Positions 51,730 through 64,000 of a stretch of DNA of 64,000 bases are shown piece after piece. The translations under genes and the position numbers were made by a program. How positions within the stretch are numbered: position 1 is the first letter of the stretch; each line of letters begins with the position of its first letter. This stretch comes from Takakia lepidozioides (lineage: Eukaryota > Plantae > Bryophyta): positions 29,202,001 through 29,266,000 of the forward strand of contig CM060732.1 in NCBI GenBank assembly GCA_030704615.1, in the 5' to 3' direction. The notes under the pieces were generated by a model. The model worked only from the letters and a program-made list of their open reading frames with translations, was not told the DNA's origin and did no database searches.

Positions 51730-53930
51730 CCAGGCTTGCACACGCACACAAACGTGATGTGGTCGCGCTTCACCCCTTCCCCCATCATTTGCTCATAGGT
51801 CTCCAAGTCCTCCATCCCACACCCTACTGTGCATATCCTGCAAGCATCACGTTCCACGACAACAAATCTCGTTCAGCCATATTGTTGAACCCTCCCTCTG
51901 CATCCTCAATGCTCCCACATTTGGCATACATGTCCACCAGGGCAGTGTTCAGGATCACACCTGGTACAGTTCCAGCTTTGGCGATGCAACCATGCACCTC
52001 TTTGCCCATTTCCAGGGCTGCCAGGCTTGCACACGCATTGCAAATGCACACAAACGTGATGTGGTCGGGCTTCACCCCTTCCCCCATCATTTGCTCATAG
52101 GTCTCCAAAGCCTCCATCCCACGCCCCTGCTGTGCATACCCTGCAAGCATCGCGTTCCACAACACCACATCTTGTTCAGCCATTTGAAAACTCCCTTCGC
52201 ATCCTTCATGCACCCACATTTGGCATACATGTCCACCAAGGTAGTGTTCAAGATGACATCTGGTACAAATCCAGCTTTGACGATGTCACCATGGACCTCT
52301 TTTCCCTTTTCCAGAGCTCCTAGGCTTGCACACGCATTGCAAACACCAACAAATGTGTTGCGGTTGGGCTTCACCCCTTCACACATCAATTGCTCATAGG
52401 TCTCCAAAGCCTCCATCCTGCATCCTTGCTATGCATATCTTGCAATCATTGCACTCCACGACACCACATCTCATTCAGCCATACTGTCGAACACTCCCTT
52501 TGCATCCTTGATGCACTCACATTTGACATACATGTCCAGCAGGGCAGTGTTCAGAATGACATCGGGTACAATTCCAGATTTGACGATGTCACCATGGACC
52601 TCTTTGCACCTTTCCAGGGCTGCCAGGCTTGCACACGCATTGCCAATGCAAACAAACGTTATGCGGTTGGGCTTCACCCCTTCGCACATCATTTGCTCAG
52701 AGGTCTCCAAAGCCTCCATCTCGCGCCCTTGCTGTGCATATCCTGCAATCATTGCACTCCACGACACCACATCTCATTCAGCCATACTGTCAAACACTCC
52801 CTTCATACATGTCCACGAGGGTATTGTTCAGAATGACACTCGGTTCAATTGCAGCTCTGACAATGTCGCCATGGACCTCTTTCGCCCTTTTCCAGAGCTG
52901 CCAGGCTTGCACATGCATCGCAAATGCACACAAATGTGATATGGTCGGGCTTCACCCCTTCCCCCATCATTTGATCATAGGTCTCCAAAGCCTTCATACC
53001 ACGTCCTTGCTGTGCATACCCTGCATGAATCCACTCTTGGCGTGAATCCACTTTGGATAATGTGAGTGTGCACCTGCTTTCCAGCTTCCAGACCTTTCAT
53101 CTTGATGCACTTAAGCAAGAGACAGACAAACGTATCTGAATTTGCTGAAATGCCTCCTACATTTGGCATACATGTCCACGAGGGTATTGTTCATAATCAC
53201 ATCTGGTACAATTCTTGCTTTCGCGATGCAACCATGCACCTCTTTGCCCTTTTCCAGGGCTGCCAGGCTTGCAAACACACAGACGTGGTGTGGTCGGGCT
53301 TCACCCCTTCCACCATCCAAAGCCTCCATCCCACGCCCCTGTTGTGCATAAGCATGGCGTTCCGCGGCACCACAGTTCATTCAACCACATTGTTGAACAC
53401 TGTTATCTGTTTTTGGATACTTTCCTACTGCCACATTGGCAGTTACTTGTCAAAGTCATTCCACCCAGACAATCTTCTCAGCTCAGCATGGATTTCCTTA
53501 ATTCTGGGATGCAACTTGTCATCTACAATGAAGGTGTGCACCCTGTTGCCAACCTCAATGCAGCAGCGACCTGGCTCCTAGCTCCTTTCTAACCCCTCTA
53601 ACCGTGATCATTCTTCTCACCTTTGCAGTATCATCCCACCTGCCAGCTGCGGCATAGATGTTTGATAGCAACACATAAGTCGTGCCATTTCCACATTGCC
53701 ATGGATTCTGTAGGCACCAAGCAAGGCCTTCCACACCACAACATCTGGATTTCAGTAGGCCAGTGTGGCTGCATGCAGAGAGAACACATATAAAGGTGAC
53801 ACTATCCGGCTTCAAGTCGTTCTTTCGCATTCCTTCAAATAGTTGCAGGACCTTGACAACCATGTTGGGCATATCCTGTGATCATCGCATTCCACGACAC
53901 CACATTTCATTCAGCCACATTGTCAATTTA
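51730..53930 (-). pseudogene. Degenerate PLS-class PPR array (right part), including an E-domain fragment
   Basis: Many P/L/S motifs; YVLLSNIYAAAGRWDDTAKVRRMITVRGVRKELGARS (E domain) at about 53570-53680; multiple frameshifts. Confidence 0.9.
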
Positions 53931-54674
53931 ACAGGAGGCAGAGATTGAAACACAGCCTGACAATAACCTGTTGTGTGTGCTGCTTGTGTCTGTAGTCAGA
54001 TAATGTCGGATCGATCTATGAATCTGGACCCACACTCGATCCCTGCTCCTTCAGCTATCCATGCCTGTGCTTTCAAGGTGAACGATGGCGGAAAACGCAG
54101 AGCTCCTGCAATTCAAGAAGATCAAGATCCGGGCATTGCGGGCAGTTCCAAAAACGTTGGCGCGGCGATTTCTATTGGTCTATTTCTCGCGGGCCGTCCG
54201 GGCAGATTCCAAAGAAATTGACGACGACGATGACCTGGCTACAATGATGTGGTGACGATGATGTGTCTACGATGACGTGGCACTATGGCACCTTATTCCT
54301 GCTCTACGCTAAACTAGCTTCCGACCTTCGGTCGTCGCTAGAATAATAACTGCACCAACGGTAAAGCAATGTTGATGCTCTCACTAAATCCAATCTTCGA
54401 CCATTTGAGCCGTGTTGATTGTTTGGGATTATTCAAATCAACCATCCAAGCTCAACTCACCAATTTTGAGATGTTTTCTTGTTTGATTTTTGTGAGATTT
54501 TTTTTTTACATAATCATAAAAGAAACCTGGGAGCGACAGCCCACAATTCAGGCCCTTGAGGAGGGGGATAAATGAACCCCCTTTCAGTTATTGGCCATGA
54601 GACCTACAGGACAAACAACGCCCAGACATACCGTCACGAACAATCCACACAAGGCACAACAGCAGGTTTGAACT

Positions 54675-54933
54675 AGTGTTGGGCGGATCCAAACCTTTTT
54701 TCACTATCCACCAGTTCCGGGTATTACCAACATGACAATCAACGGATCCAGGTATGCATCCGGTTATTAAGTTTAGGGTTGAGATCCGCCAGGTATTGAC
54801 GGGTATCGGCCAGATAGCCGTCAGATATTACACCGGGTATAGGATTTTTTTTTCGCTGGTTTTGCATCGAACCCGGATACTAAAAGATGTCGGTTCCGGG
54901 CCCAGATACCTTGATATCCGGGTTGACATCCTG
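54675..54933. mobile_element. Possible hAT-like MITE relic
   Basis: Starts TAGTGTTG, ends ...ttgacatcctg; internal clustered ccgggta/ggatcc/gatacc motifs; no clear TSD. Confidence 0.35.
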
Positions 54934-54960
54934 CTGTTGATATTCTGAAGACTATATATC

Positions 54961-55031
54961 AGCCCAACTCTGGTTTGAACCACAAACCACCAAAGCGTCA
55001 CACTATGCACTTACTAGCTGAACTACCAACC
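54961..55031 (-). pseudogene. Degenerate tRNA-like sequence (A/B boxes)
   Basis: TAGTTCAGCTAGT (A-box-like) and GGTTCAAACC (B-box); stems are degraded; shares an upstream flank with the intact tRNA-Thr. Confidence 0.3.
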
Positions 55032-55503
55032 AATTTGCGTGAGACTTTTAACCTTTAAAAATACAACGCACACAACAGCTAGTGGTGCGCGTTACTCCGC
55101 ACTACTAGCGACGAATTCTGAGAACTCCATTCAATTTTCAAAAAAAATAAAAAATGGGTCATCCCCATGGTGTTATACATACATCACGTTCATTGTTTTC
55201 AGAAGAAGAATGGCGGAGTGTTGCCGAAACGTCTCCGCCGGCTTTCATATCTTTATTTATTCTTGAGATCGCAATGGTGAGATTATTAACCTTGCCCCAA
55301 TTAGTAATATTTGCATCAAAATGCTTCCAATACCCAATTAAACTTCTACATAGTCTAAAATTAGACTTAATAAGCTCTGAGGTTACATGAAGATGGGAGA
55401 GATTGTGTTCTAAGACCTGCAAAATACACGAGCAGATTTTCAACCAAAAAACCCAGCTGGTGTAATCTTCAAGTGAGCTCCCACTTTGAAATATTTTGGT
55501 TGG

Positions 55504-58253
55504 TTGGTGGCGATCATCACTTTACAGAGTAATGTAGTTGGTGTTGTAGTTCAATAGATTCAGGAAGGAAGGCAGACAGGCAGGCAAGTATACGTTTCAC
55601 GACGAAAGTGATGATCGGTGCCGACTGTCACCTTTGCCATTGCTATATGTAAGCCTAGAAGGCCAATTTGATGGTGATGCAAGAGTGCCAGGGAACTTAA
55701 GTCGCATCTTGCAATGACGTAGAAGCGATGATCGGTGGCGATCATCGCTTTCAGGTCCATTCCCGTTTTGTTCAGACCAGTTTGGCAATGGCGTGGTTCT
55801 TCAGGAAAGTGATGATTGGTGCCGACCATCACATTCAGACCTCATGGGTTGTGCATCCCAGGGCAGTCTGATTGTGATGATTGGTACCGATCATCACTTT
55901 TTGAACTGATTGGGCACTACACCAGAATCCAAAAGAGGAGACCAACCCTTTGCAAACTGAAAAGTATTAGGATGTAAGAGGTCCAGGCAATTCATAGGAG
56001 GAATAGCAGTGACACAAAAGCGATGATCGGTGGCGATCATCGCTTCCAGGTCTATTCCTTCGCTAAAAAGCTCAGTGATTGAAAGAAGGGTTTCTGCAGA
56101 AAAGTGATGATCGGTGCCGACCATCACATTCAGACCTCATGGGTGTGTGCATCCTAGGGCTGTCTTGTTGTGATGATCAGTACCGATCATCATCTTTATG
56201 ATTCCAAATGTGATTTGAAGCTTTAGGGTATATCGTTTTCAAGCACAATCCAGCCTGGCACAAAGGTCGAGGGAATAAGTGACATTGTTTTTTTATCACT
56301 GGCTTCACAAGGCCACATTTTGGAGTCAGGTATTTGTTGATTGAAGTGCCTATTGTATATCAATTATCCTATGACTTTGTCATGTGCAGTTCTGATAGAT
56401 GTTCTCTTTGCAGCTGGAGAAACGTGCCATTCTTGTCCTGGAGCAGAATTTGAAGGACTTGAATATTTCGATGGACTCACCACCACAGATGACCTTGGAG
56501 GCGTACATTAGAAAGTGGAAAGGTCTCACATGGCGATACTCTTTCTTCCGCGAGTTCCAAGGATGGTAACATATTGAGGTCGAACGATTTCGACAGTCAA
56601 GTTGGAGGGGAGTGGGCTATGATGCGTGTTGTGTACAGGTGCAGTACCTAAAGCCTATCCATCACATTCTTTCAAATTCTGTCATGCCTCAATTGAGAAA
56701 ACCTTAATATTTTCTTTCTGCTACTCAACAATTTGGTGATGGTCGGTACCGATCATCACTTCCAGTGCTCTGAGCTTCTCCCGTCAAACAAATAAATACT
56801 GCAAATCATGTCCATGTTACATCCTACCTCCGTTAACATAGGCAATTTGCTTCTGATCAGTGATCTGTTGATCGGTGCTGATCATCAGATTTCCCAATTG
56901 TGCAGTGTAGATAATTATAAGGATTTGCACACCCATGTTGCATTCTCTCTGATGTGAAAGTGATGATCGCCACCGATCATCACATTCTGCTACTTTTTGA
57001 TATCTTGTTTTGGGGGATGGTGTTTGTTTGAGTGTCCGCAGGTACACTAAATATGTGTTGATGGAAGGAAAATACCTGAGTGGAATCCCAGATTACTTGG
57101 ACATGTGGTCGGGCCCTGCCAACGATCCCACAATGTACACAGCTGGTATCTTGAGGGATTGGAGTCCTGCCTACTTTAGGGACTGTGGATGGTACCTCGA
57201 CTGCCCTCCTGAGCACACGATATTTCAAGAGCAACAAATGAAGTATTTGAACGACGAAGAGTACCAGAGGAACATAGCTTCTTGGCCGCCAAGGTGCCAA
57301 ACGCGCAGGCAACTCCCCAGAAAGGCAAGAAGGGGGCCGCAAGGTGAAAGACAAGGATGCAAAGGCTTCGGAGGGAGTAGCCAAGTCACCTGGGAAGACA
57401 AAGGAGAAAGAGAAGTCGAAGGAGAAGGAGAAGGAGAAGGAGAAGGGGAAGGAGAAAGAAAAATAAAAATAAAAAGAGAAGGATAAAGAGAAGGACAAAG
57501 AGAAAGACGAGACAACTGCGAGGTACACCCGCACTATTGAATGCATTTTCGATGCCAAGCCACACCCTTCCCGTGCGGACTTGGCAAGGCAGATCAAGAT
57601 TGTCAATGAGGGATGGCTGGCGATGATGGAGACTCGGAGAAAAGGGTACTCGGGGGTGCCATCACCGACTTGGGATAACATGATTTCTTTTCTTAATCTG
57701 GTAAGAATCTTCCTCTTCAAATTGGGACATTCGAAATTGTCAATGCCAATGTAGATGTTGGTTTCTGTTGAGACCCTCATTTTTCTTTGTTTTTAAATTG
57801 GACCTGTATGCTGCAGGTGAGCACTGGTCCTTCATTCGTATGCGGTGTTCAAAAAACCTTTGCCGCTGACATGGTCATCCTTGACATCCCCGACGGCCAG
57901 CCTGTCCCCGATGTTCCTCCAAAGGGAAAGACTCCATTCTGAACAGTTTCGATGAGAACTACTGGAGTTGGGTATTCGGGTTCTGCAATAATTTCCTTTT
58001 AGATGCAGGAACGCTTTTGCTCTTCCAGTCATGTGACAAAGATAGTCGTCGGGGACTGGCATCATACCTGAAGTTGTCTGGGTTTGAAGTTTTGAGGACA
58101 TGGAATTGTGTGAACATCCTCTACCTTCTGAAAGGTGGTTGCCCTGGACAGCTAGTATGGCACCGCCCTCCTTAGTATTGTTTCCCAATGTCTTCTTGTT
58201 ATTTCTGCTGGCTTGCTCTACCACCATTTGTGATGATCGGCACCGATCATCAC
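55504..58253. repeat. About 12 copies of the 24-bp palindrome GYGATGATCG-N4-CGATCATCRC
   Basis: Copies at about 55504, 55608, 55726, 55809, 55874, 56020, 56104, 56170, 56736, 56866, 56960 and 58230; includes a 294-bp higher-order duplication. Confidence 0.9.
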
Positions 58254-58610
58254 AAATACATTCCATTGTAGTTTTCATTTGCAGTCCATGTTTTATTCCT
58301 TCCTGCGCCAAACTTCCTCCAATATTTCCATGTCTCACCCCAACCTTGCATCTTTGCCAGACGAGGATGTTTGAGGCAATCTGCCTGAGGAGGATTCACA
58401 CCTCCAAAACACCATCTTCCGTCCACAACTTTGAAATTTCCGACCAAGGGTGTTTCATCAACCCCCCTTATGAACCGCATGTGGATGACATGCTCTACAA
58501 CTTCATGCACTCCAGTCAGATTATCAAAAGACCAGTTGGGTTTTCATGGAGAGGTGCAAGGGAGAGAACCCCAGCGTTCATGCAGACACTCTTAGAGTCA
58601 TGCAACCACC
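56285..58610 (+). pseudogene. Paralog of the ParB-MTase gene (exons 3-7), truncated
   Basis: WLHKATFWSQ, AYIRKWK..W...FFREF, GILRDW...CGWYLDCPP, WLAMME...PSPTWD, ADMVILDIPDG, TWNCVN, WRGARERTPAFMQTLLESC; intron positions match 47111-50832. Confidence 0.85.
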
Positions 58611-60935
58611 TGACGTGCCCTGAGCACGCGCGGTTAGGGTGACGGCATAATAGTCTAGGGGGGCCGAGGTAAGCTGCGGTGTAGGTTGGGCTCACTATAC
58701 CGCCTACCCGACTGCGGTTAGTGTAGGGGGTCCGCGGTCGTACATGGTGGTTATAATCACTATCTAAGTCCTACCTGCAAAGAGAAATTACGTATTCCTC
58801 TTCACAGGGTGAGTTTGCATTTCTAAGTCCTACGGTATCCTACAATCTACTCAGTGACTGCCTTCCAAGTCTTTGTGTTTTATTGTCTAATTCCTACTGC
58901 CTAGGCCCCCAAGCCGCCTATAGCCGGGACATGTTTTAATCCCTTCACAAGGCACCTGCCGAGCCTAGGGAGAAGAGGGAAAATCGTCCTCTCCCAATGC
59001 CCCTCCTTCGCCGAGGGCTGGAGTTCAAGTCACCTCTAAATGGAAGGGCCCACACTTCCTACCCCAGTGCCTAAATACTTTGTTTTAGCAACGGAGTGGC
59101 CAACAAGCCTATTGTCATCCAATAGGTTCACTCAGTTCAATAAGGTGGTTCTAAGCCCCTCAACTCAACAAGTTCAATCAATTTAATCAACGCCCTGCAG
59201 GCTATAACGAGCACCACGTGCATCTATCCTATTTAAGCAATTTCGCAAATCAGAAATGCTGGAAATTAAAAGAAATTAAGAAAATTAGAAAAAATACCTC
59301 CCCTATGGGAAATCATGTGGGGAATCCAAAGATACCCTTGGTGCCTAAAGATGCCCTTGGCAACCCTATGGGAACCCCATGAGAACCGAGGAACATCCAG
59401 GAACCGTTCCCTGCTGCGGGGAACTATCGCGGCTCTATCGGATGAATGAATCTCGCTGAGAACTCATCCCTGCCACTACATTCGTTAGTCCAGAACATGC
59501 ACTCGTAAATAATAAAATAACCACTGGTGGGTCCAAGCCAGATTTCATCCCCCTTACATTATTTTAAGGTGCTAATGCGCTTTTCCCTCCGTGGAAAAAG
59601 TCATCCTCTACTTTGGGCTCTAACACAAAGGCTCACTGTAGCCGAGTTTTTAGGACACAATACTTTCTCTCCTCCCTTGTCTCTCGAGGTCACCGCCTCT
59701 AGCTCACTGCTCCCAGGCCCACTTGGCTTTCTCTTGGAGTCCTAAGAACACTCCCCTCCAAAGCTACGTCCTCCCAAAATCCTAGATTTTATCTACCACT
59801 GGCGCCTTAGATAATGGCTCCTAAGGAGCTAAAGGTAAGAATACCCCCCTTTAAGGGGATTTGCAGACGCATTGCCTGCTGGGTAAAACGCTCCGCCACG
59901 TGGCGGGGCGCAGATCCGCGCATAGCGGTCCAAACCATGGACCGTTGCGTTAACGCCAGCGTCCGCCGACCCGTCTCAACTTTTGGTTATCCAGCGGGTA
60001 AAGACCCGCGCCTTGCTCGCACGCTTCAGGGCCTCACGCCTGAGCCACGCGGCTGATGTACTTGATCTCAGTACGACTTAAGGTCAGCGCTGGGGCCCCG
60101 CTCCCGTACGTCGTGGCTGGGCCACGGCTGCCTCCATGTTTTTAGTAATCGAGTCCTTGCTCTCTAGGCGCAGCACCCGGGCTCCTCCCGGGTTGCTCGC
60201 GACTTTGGGGCAGCTGCTATCAAGCGAAATTAGCCCGCCCAAACCCCAAGACAAAAAAAATACAACCCACCCTCCCCTAGGCCTCCATGGCTTGCTAGTG
60301 GGGGGGGGGGGTGATTAGCACATAGTGGCCTTATAGTGGTCTTATATCATAGATTGAGCCTACTGGCCTGCCTTTGCCAGAGCTGGCTATATTTCAAATT
60401 AGTAATCAAATACAAAGATTCATTCTTCCAACAATTCAAATACACCCTTGTCACTTCTAGACATGAAATAATGGGATTCCACAATGCACTCTCCCTTGAA
60501 GAGTCTAAATCAGATTTTCAACTTCAAGCTTTGGTGAAATGGTAAGATGGGATCAACCTTTCTATGCGAGAATGCTTGGGATGCTCTATGGACTCAAGTA
60601 ATGGTACTCTATGCGGCCTGCACTTGGGTTCTCGGCCATAAGTCCATACCAGCCCCTCCTACTCGTCTTCAAGTCACTTTCCTCCACATGAAATTGCCCT
60701 CTTCCTTCACAAATGAAAATGGCTCAAAGGCCCACAAGCTAGGCCACTTTCATTAGCTTACAAGAATCCTACCTAACTAGGGAGCTTCAAGCTCCACTCC
60801 CTAGGATCTAGCCCCTCCTCAAGCCAAAAGCTAGCAAGCACTACAACAACAAGCAAGAGGAAACTAAGCAAATGAGCTAGATAAAGAATAAGAGAAGCCT
60901 TGCCCCCTCTTTTATACTGTTGTTGTGCCTAATAG
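58611..60935. mobile_element. Non-coding LTR-retrotransposon-like insertion truncating the second MTase gene
   Basis: Homology ends abruptly at TGACGTGCCC (58611); G-run at 60300-60311 followed by TGATTAGCAC; no coding domains or TSD identified. Confidence 0.4.
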
Positions 60936-62679
60936 TTTAAGGGAAAATATTTATTAAACTATTGTTTCCTTGCAGGATCTATAATATACTATTCCACATG
61001 GATGAAAAGTCTTAGAGGCAAATGAAAGCTGTCTTTTCATCCATCCAATTGGATGACCAGTTGGCGCGAGTTATCATTTCATCCATCCAGCTCATCAAGG
61101 CGAATTCCAGGATTTTTCATCCATCCAAGAGGAGAAATGCAAATAATAGGCCTTGTGAGTGCCGTCGACTCAATAATTTGGCCCCGCTGCTATCAGCTCC
61201 ATAAATCACCAAACTTGGTGGCAACTACAATTATATACCCTGATCATCCTGTAAATTCTCAGCTCCATTGGTGGTAAAAAGTTGCACTTCTTGCATTCGT
61301 GGGTATTTCGCTACACCACATATTTTGTGGTATATTTGAAAATCAAATCCTTGGTGATGGCTCTGGGGTCTTTGACCCTGCCACTGAGTCATAGGTTATC
61401 CGGAGTCCCCTCCAGTTGTCCCGCACCGCTAACAAGTCCATGCTTTGCCATTTGAAGTCGTCCTGACTTGCTGTCATTCTGATGCGCCAATTGCTTTGTT
61501 GCGATATTTCATCATCGCTATACATGTCGCTCCCCAACCAATTGCCAAGCTCCTTGCTGTGTGTTCCACTGGACTTGAAAGGCGGGAGAAAAGAGAGATC
61601 GCAATCTGGGATTGGAACAGTCGTCATGTATTGTTTGAACAGGATTAACTCGTCGTTTCTGGTACGAAATTGGGCAGCCTAATCTGTTGTCGATGCAGCT
61701 TACGGTCATCTTGACGCTCCATGGTCATCGTAGACACTATGTAATTTCTTGTGTACTTTACCAATGATTTCCAGATAACTAACAAACTAACATGTTTTGG
61801 CAGTACATTGCCGAAACCGCTTGTCTTATGATAAAAATGATCTGAAAGAAAAGTGTAACCACTATATGCATCTACACCACCATTCTGCAAGGTGGGTCGA
61901 CCTCACACTATCCACAGTTTCGTTGGTTCAATACTGTTTCATTTTCGGTCTTCCAGTTTGTATCCGCTTTTGCATCCTCTACAACCTTCTTGAGGCTTTC
62001 TGTCTTGGCAGGTGCAACTTATCGTGCTTGCAAGGCAGCCGGGAAAAGCCTTTTTGGCATGGAGGGCGACACCGAACTATTCAAGAGTGTCATCCTCCCT
62101 CTTGTGTCTGGCTCTATGTCTGGCACACAGACTGAATAGATTCTTTTCAGAAATGATGAGGATTCCGAGGATAAGCGACAACGACTTTTCATGTGAGTAG
62201 GTCTGCCATGGAATTTTCATTCCACTTTGGGTGCCCTGTTAATCACCGACATCAAATTTAAACATAATAACTTTTTTTCTTGCTATGACTTGCAGGAAAG
62301 GCAGCGATGGATCTTCAGAAGAGACCCCCATTTGCGGCGAGACTGTATTCGACAGCCCCCTTTCCACTTTAGTACTTCCTATGTATGCCAAAGCAATGGC
62401 ACTTCAAATGACCGAGGCTCTATCCCCTGACTTTTTATTGCCCGATCGCAGGTGTAGCCATTGTAGATCCGGAGTTCTTAAATTCCTGGACTTGGATGCA
62501 GAGGACGCGGGGATACATTGTACTGACTCTGAGTCAGACTAAACTTTGCATTTTTAATGTTCTGTTTTCATCCTCTTCGGAAAAGATTGAATTCCCTTAC
62601 TTCATTGCAGTTGTTCCGGCAGGAAAAACAAAATTGAAACAAATAATCCACTCAGATTCAATGCCATTCTTCAATGACT

Positions 62680-63060
62680 CCATCCCACAATCCCACACAC
62701 TCATTTCATATCCATTGTTCATTCATCTACTATGTATTCATATCCATTGTTCATTCATCTACTATGTATTCATGCATCATCCATTCATGAATGTTTTCCA
62801 TTATTCAACATCCATTGTACATTCATCCACTGTACTCTTGAATCCCCACAATCCCCACACACTCATGTCATGTACATTGTGCATTCATCTACTGTGTATT
62901 CATGCATCCTCCATTCTTGAATGTTTTCCATTATTCAACATCCATTGTACATTCATCCATTGTACTCTCATCCATCCCACATTCATCCATCTGCTTGCAT
63001 TGTTCGCACTCATCCATCTAATTCTCATCCACTCTACATTCATCCATCCTGCATTCATCT
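62680..63060. repeat. Low-complexity CATTCATCC-type repeat
   Basis: Repeated cattcatctactatgtattcat and ttcaacatccattgtacattcatcca blocks; explains His/Ile-rich spurious ORFs. Confidence 0.8.
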
Positions 63061-63529
63061 GTTGCTTTCAGGTGGGAATGACCACGTCCTTTTATTATTT
63101 CGTCCAACTTGTTTCCGCGGTTGAGGGTGCTCTTCCGCGGAAATACACTTTACTTCTTCCTTGGCGCGCAGTGACGCGGCGTTTAAGCGCGATGATGTGC
63201 CGTGAGCCCGGTGACGTGGCGTGGGGGCAAGGTGATGTGGCGTGAGCGCAGCTGTGCTCACGCCGAGGCATCCTTACGCCTATGATGAGTGGTCCATTAA
63301 TAGATAAGTTCTTTTCCCTATTGACGACTGACGGGTATCCCTGCATTGATGTATATTCAAGTGACTTCCACAAAAAAGGCTGAGTATGCAATCACGCGGC
63401 ATCTACCAAGCTCATGAACTAATACATGAGAAGTATGTCCATGTTTTCACAGTGTGCTTGTATCGAATAAGTATCAGTTTACGATTTAGCAGGTACTAGG
63501 CCAATGTCAAGGTGACTCTGAAATTGTAT

Positions 63530-63945
63530 CAAATGTCATTATGAACACTGCCCTGGCAGCTCTGGAAAAAGGGGAAAGAGGTCCATGGCGACAGTCTGAA
63601 CCATACCCTGGTGGACATGTATGCGAAATGAAGGGCAAGAGGTGCATGGGGATATCATCAAAGCTGGAATTGTGCCAAATGTCAATCTGAACACTACCCT
63701 GGCAGCTTAGGGGAAAGAGGTCCATGGCGACATCTTCAGAGTTGGAATTGTACCAGATGTCATCCTGAACAAAACCCTGGTGAACATGTTTACAAAATGT
63801 GGGTGCATCTAGGATGCAAAGGGAGTGTTCGACACTATGGCTGAACGAGATGTGGTGTCGTGGAGTGCGATGCTTGCATGGTATGCACGGCAGGGACGTG
63901 GGATGGAGGCTTTGGAGAGCTATGAGCAAATGATGGGGGAAGGGG
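63530..63945 (+). pseudogene. Degenerate PPR fragments, opposite orientation to the main PPR array
   Basis: LAALEKGKEVHGD, LVNMFTKCGCI*DAKGVFDTMAERDVVSWSAML. Confidence 0.8.
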
Positions 63946-64000
63946 GGGCACCTTCTTCAATAGCACAATGGCTACGAGTGGGTAGATGGTCAACTGGAAA

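Larger units (their letters stand above)
55500..63280. mobile_element. Second, diverged relic of the ParB-MTase transposon family (no transposase visible)
   Basis: Own palindrome array; homologous exons at 56285-58610; a right-end-like block (ccgcggaaata, tgacgtggcgtg, gtgagc/gctcac at 63110-63270) matches element 1's right end. Confidence 0.65.

Noticed and set aside
56980-57780. 266-aa minus-strand Phe/Ser-rich ORF
   Set aside because: Antisense shadow of the Lys/Glu-rich exon of the second MTase pseudogene.
62496-63245. 249-aa His/Ile-rich ORF
   Set aside because: Produced by a low-complexity CATTCATC repeat.

Overview
Eukaryotic, intron-containing DNA from a land plant. The PLS-class PPR relics and the transposon types suggest a non-seed plant such as a bryophyte; that is an inference. 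A conserved core (about 12-37 kb) holds a SAPS/PP6 regulatory subunit gene (-), the spliceosomal helicase BRR2 (+), RUVBL2 (-) and tRNA-Thr(CGT). The left flank holds two hairpin-repeat arrays, a Ty3/Gypsy relic carrying a C5-cytosine DNA methyltransferase and a PHD-tailed integrase, and a decayed endonuclease-bearing Helitron. The right flank holds degenerate PPR arrays interrupted by an 11.2-kb Mutator-like element (40519-51729; 8-bp TSD CCAGGCTT; imperfect TIRs). This element has a GCM-like/DDE/SWIM transposase on the minus strand and, divergently, a spliced gene for a ParB/Srx-domain + beta-class N6/N4 DNA methyltransferase-like fusion. Between them lie about 17 copies of a 115-116-bp unit containing a 40-bp palindrome whose loop alternates between the two inverse forms TTGG and CCAA. 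A second, diverged relic (about 55.5-63.3 kb) has the same gene but a different palindrome, suggesting a transposon-borne ParB / palindrome array / methyltransferase system. All protein calls are from motif recognition by eye; no database searches were run.
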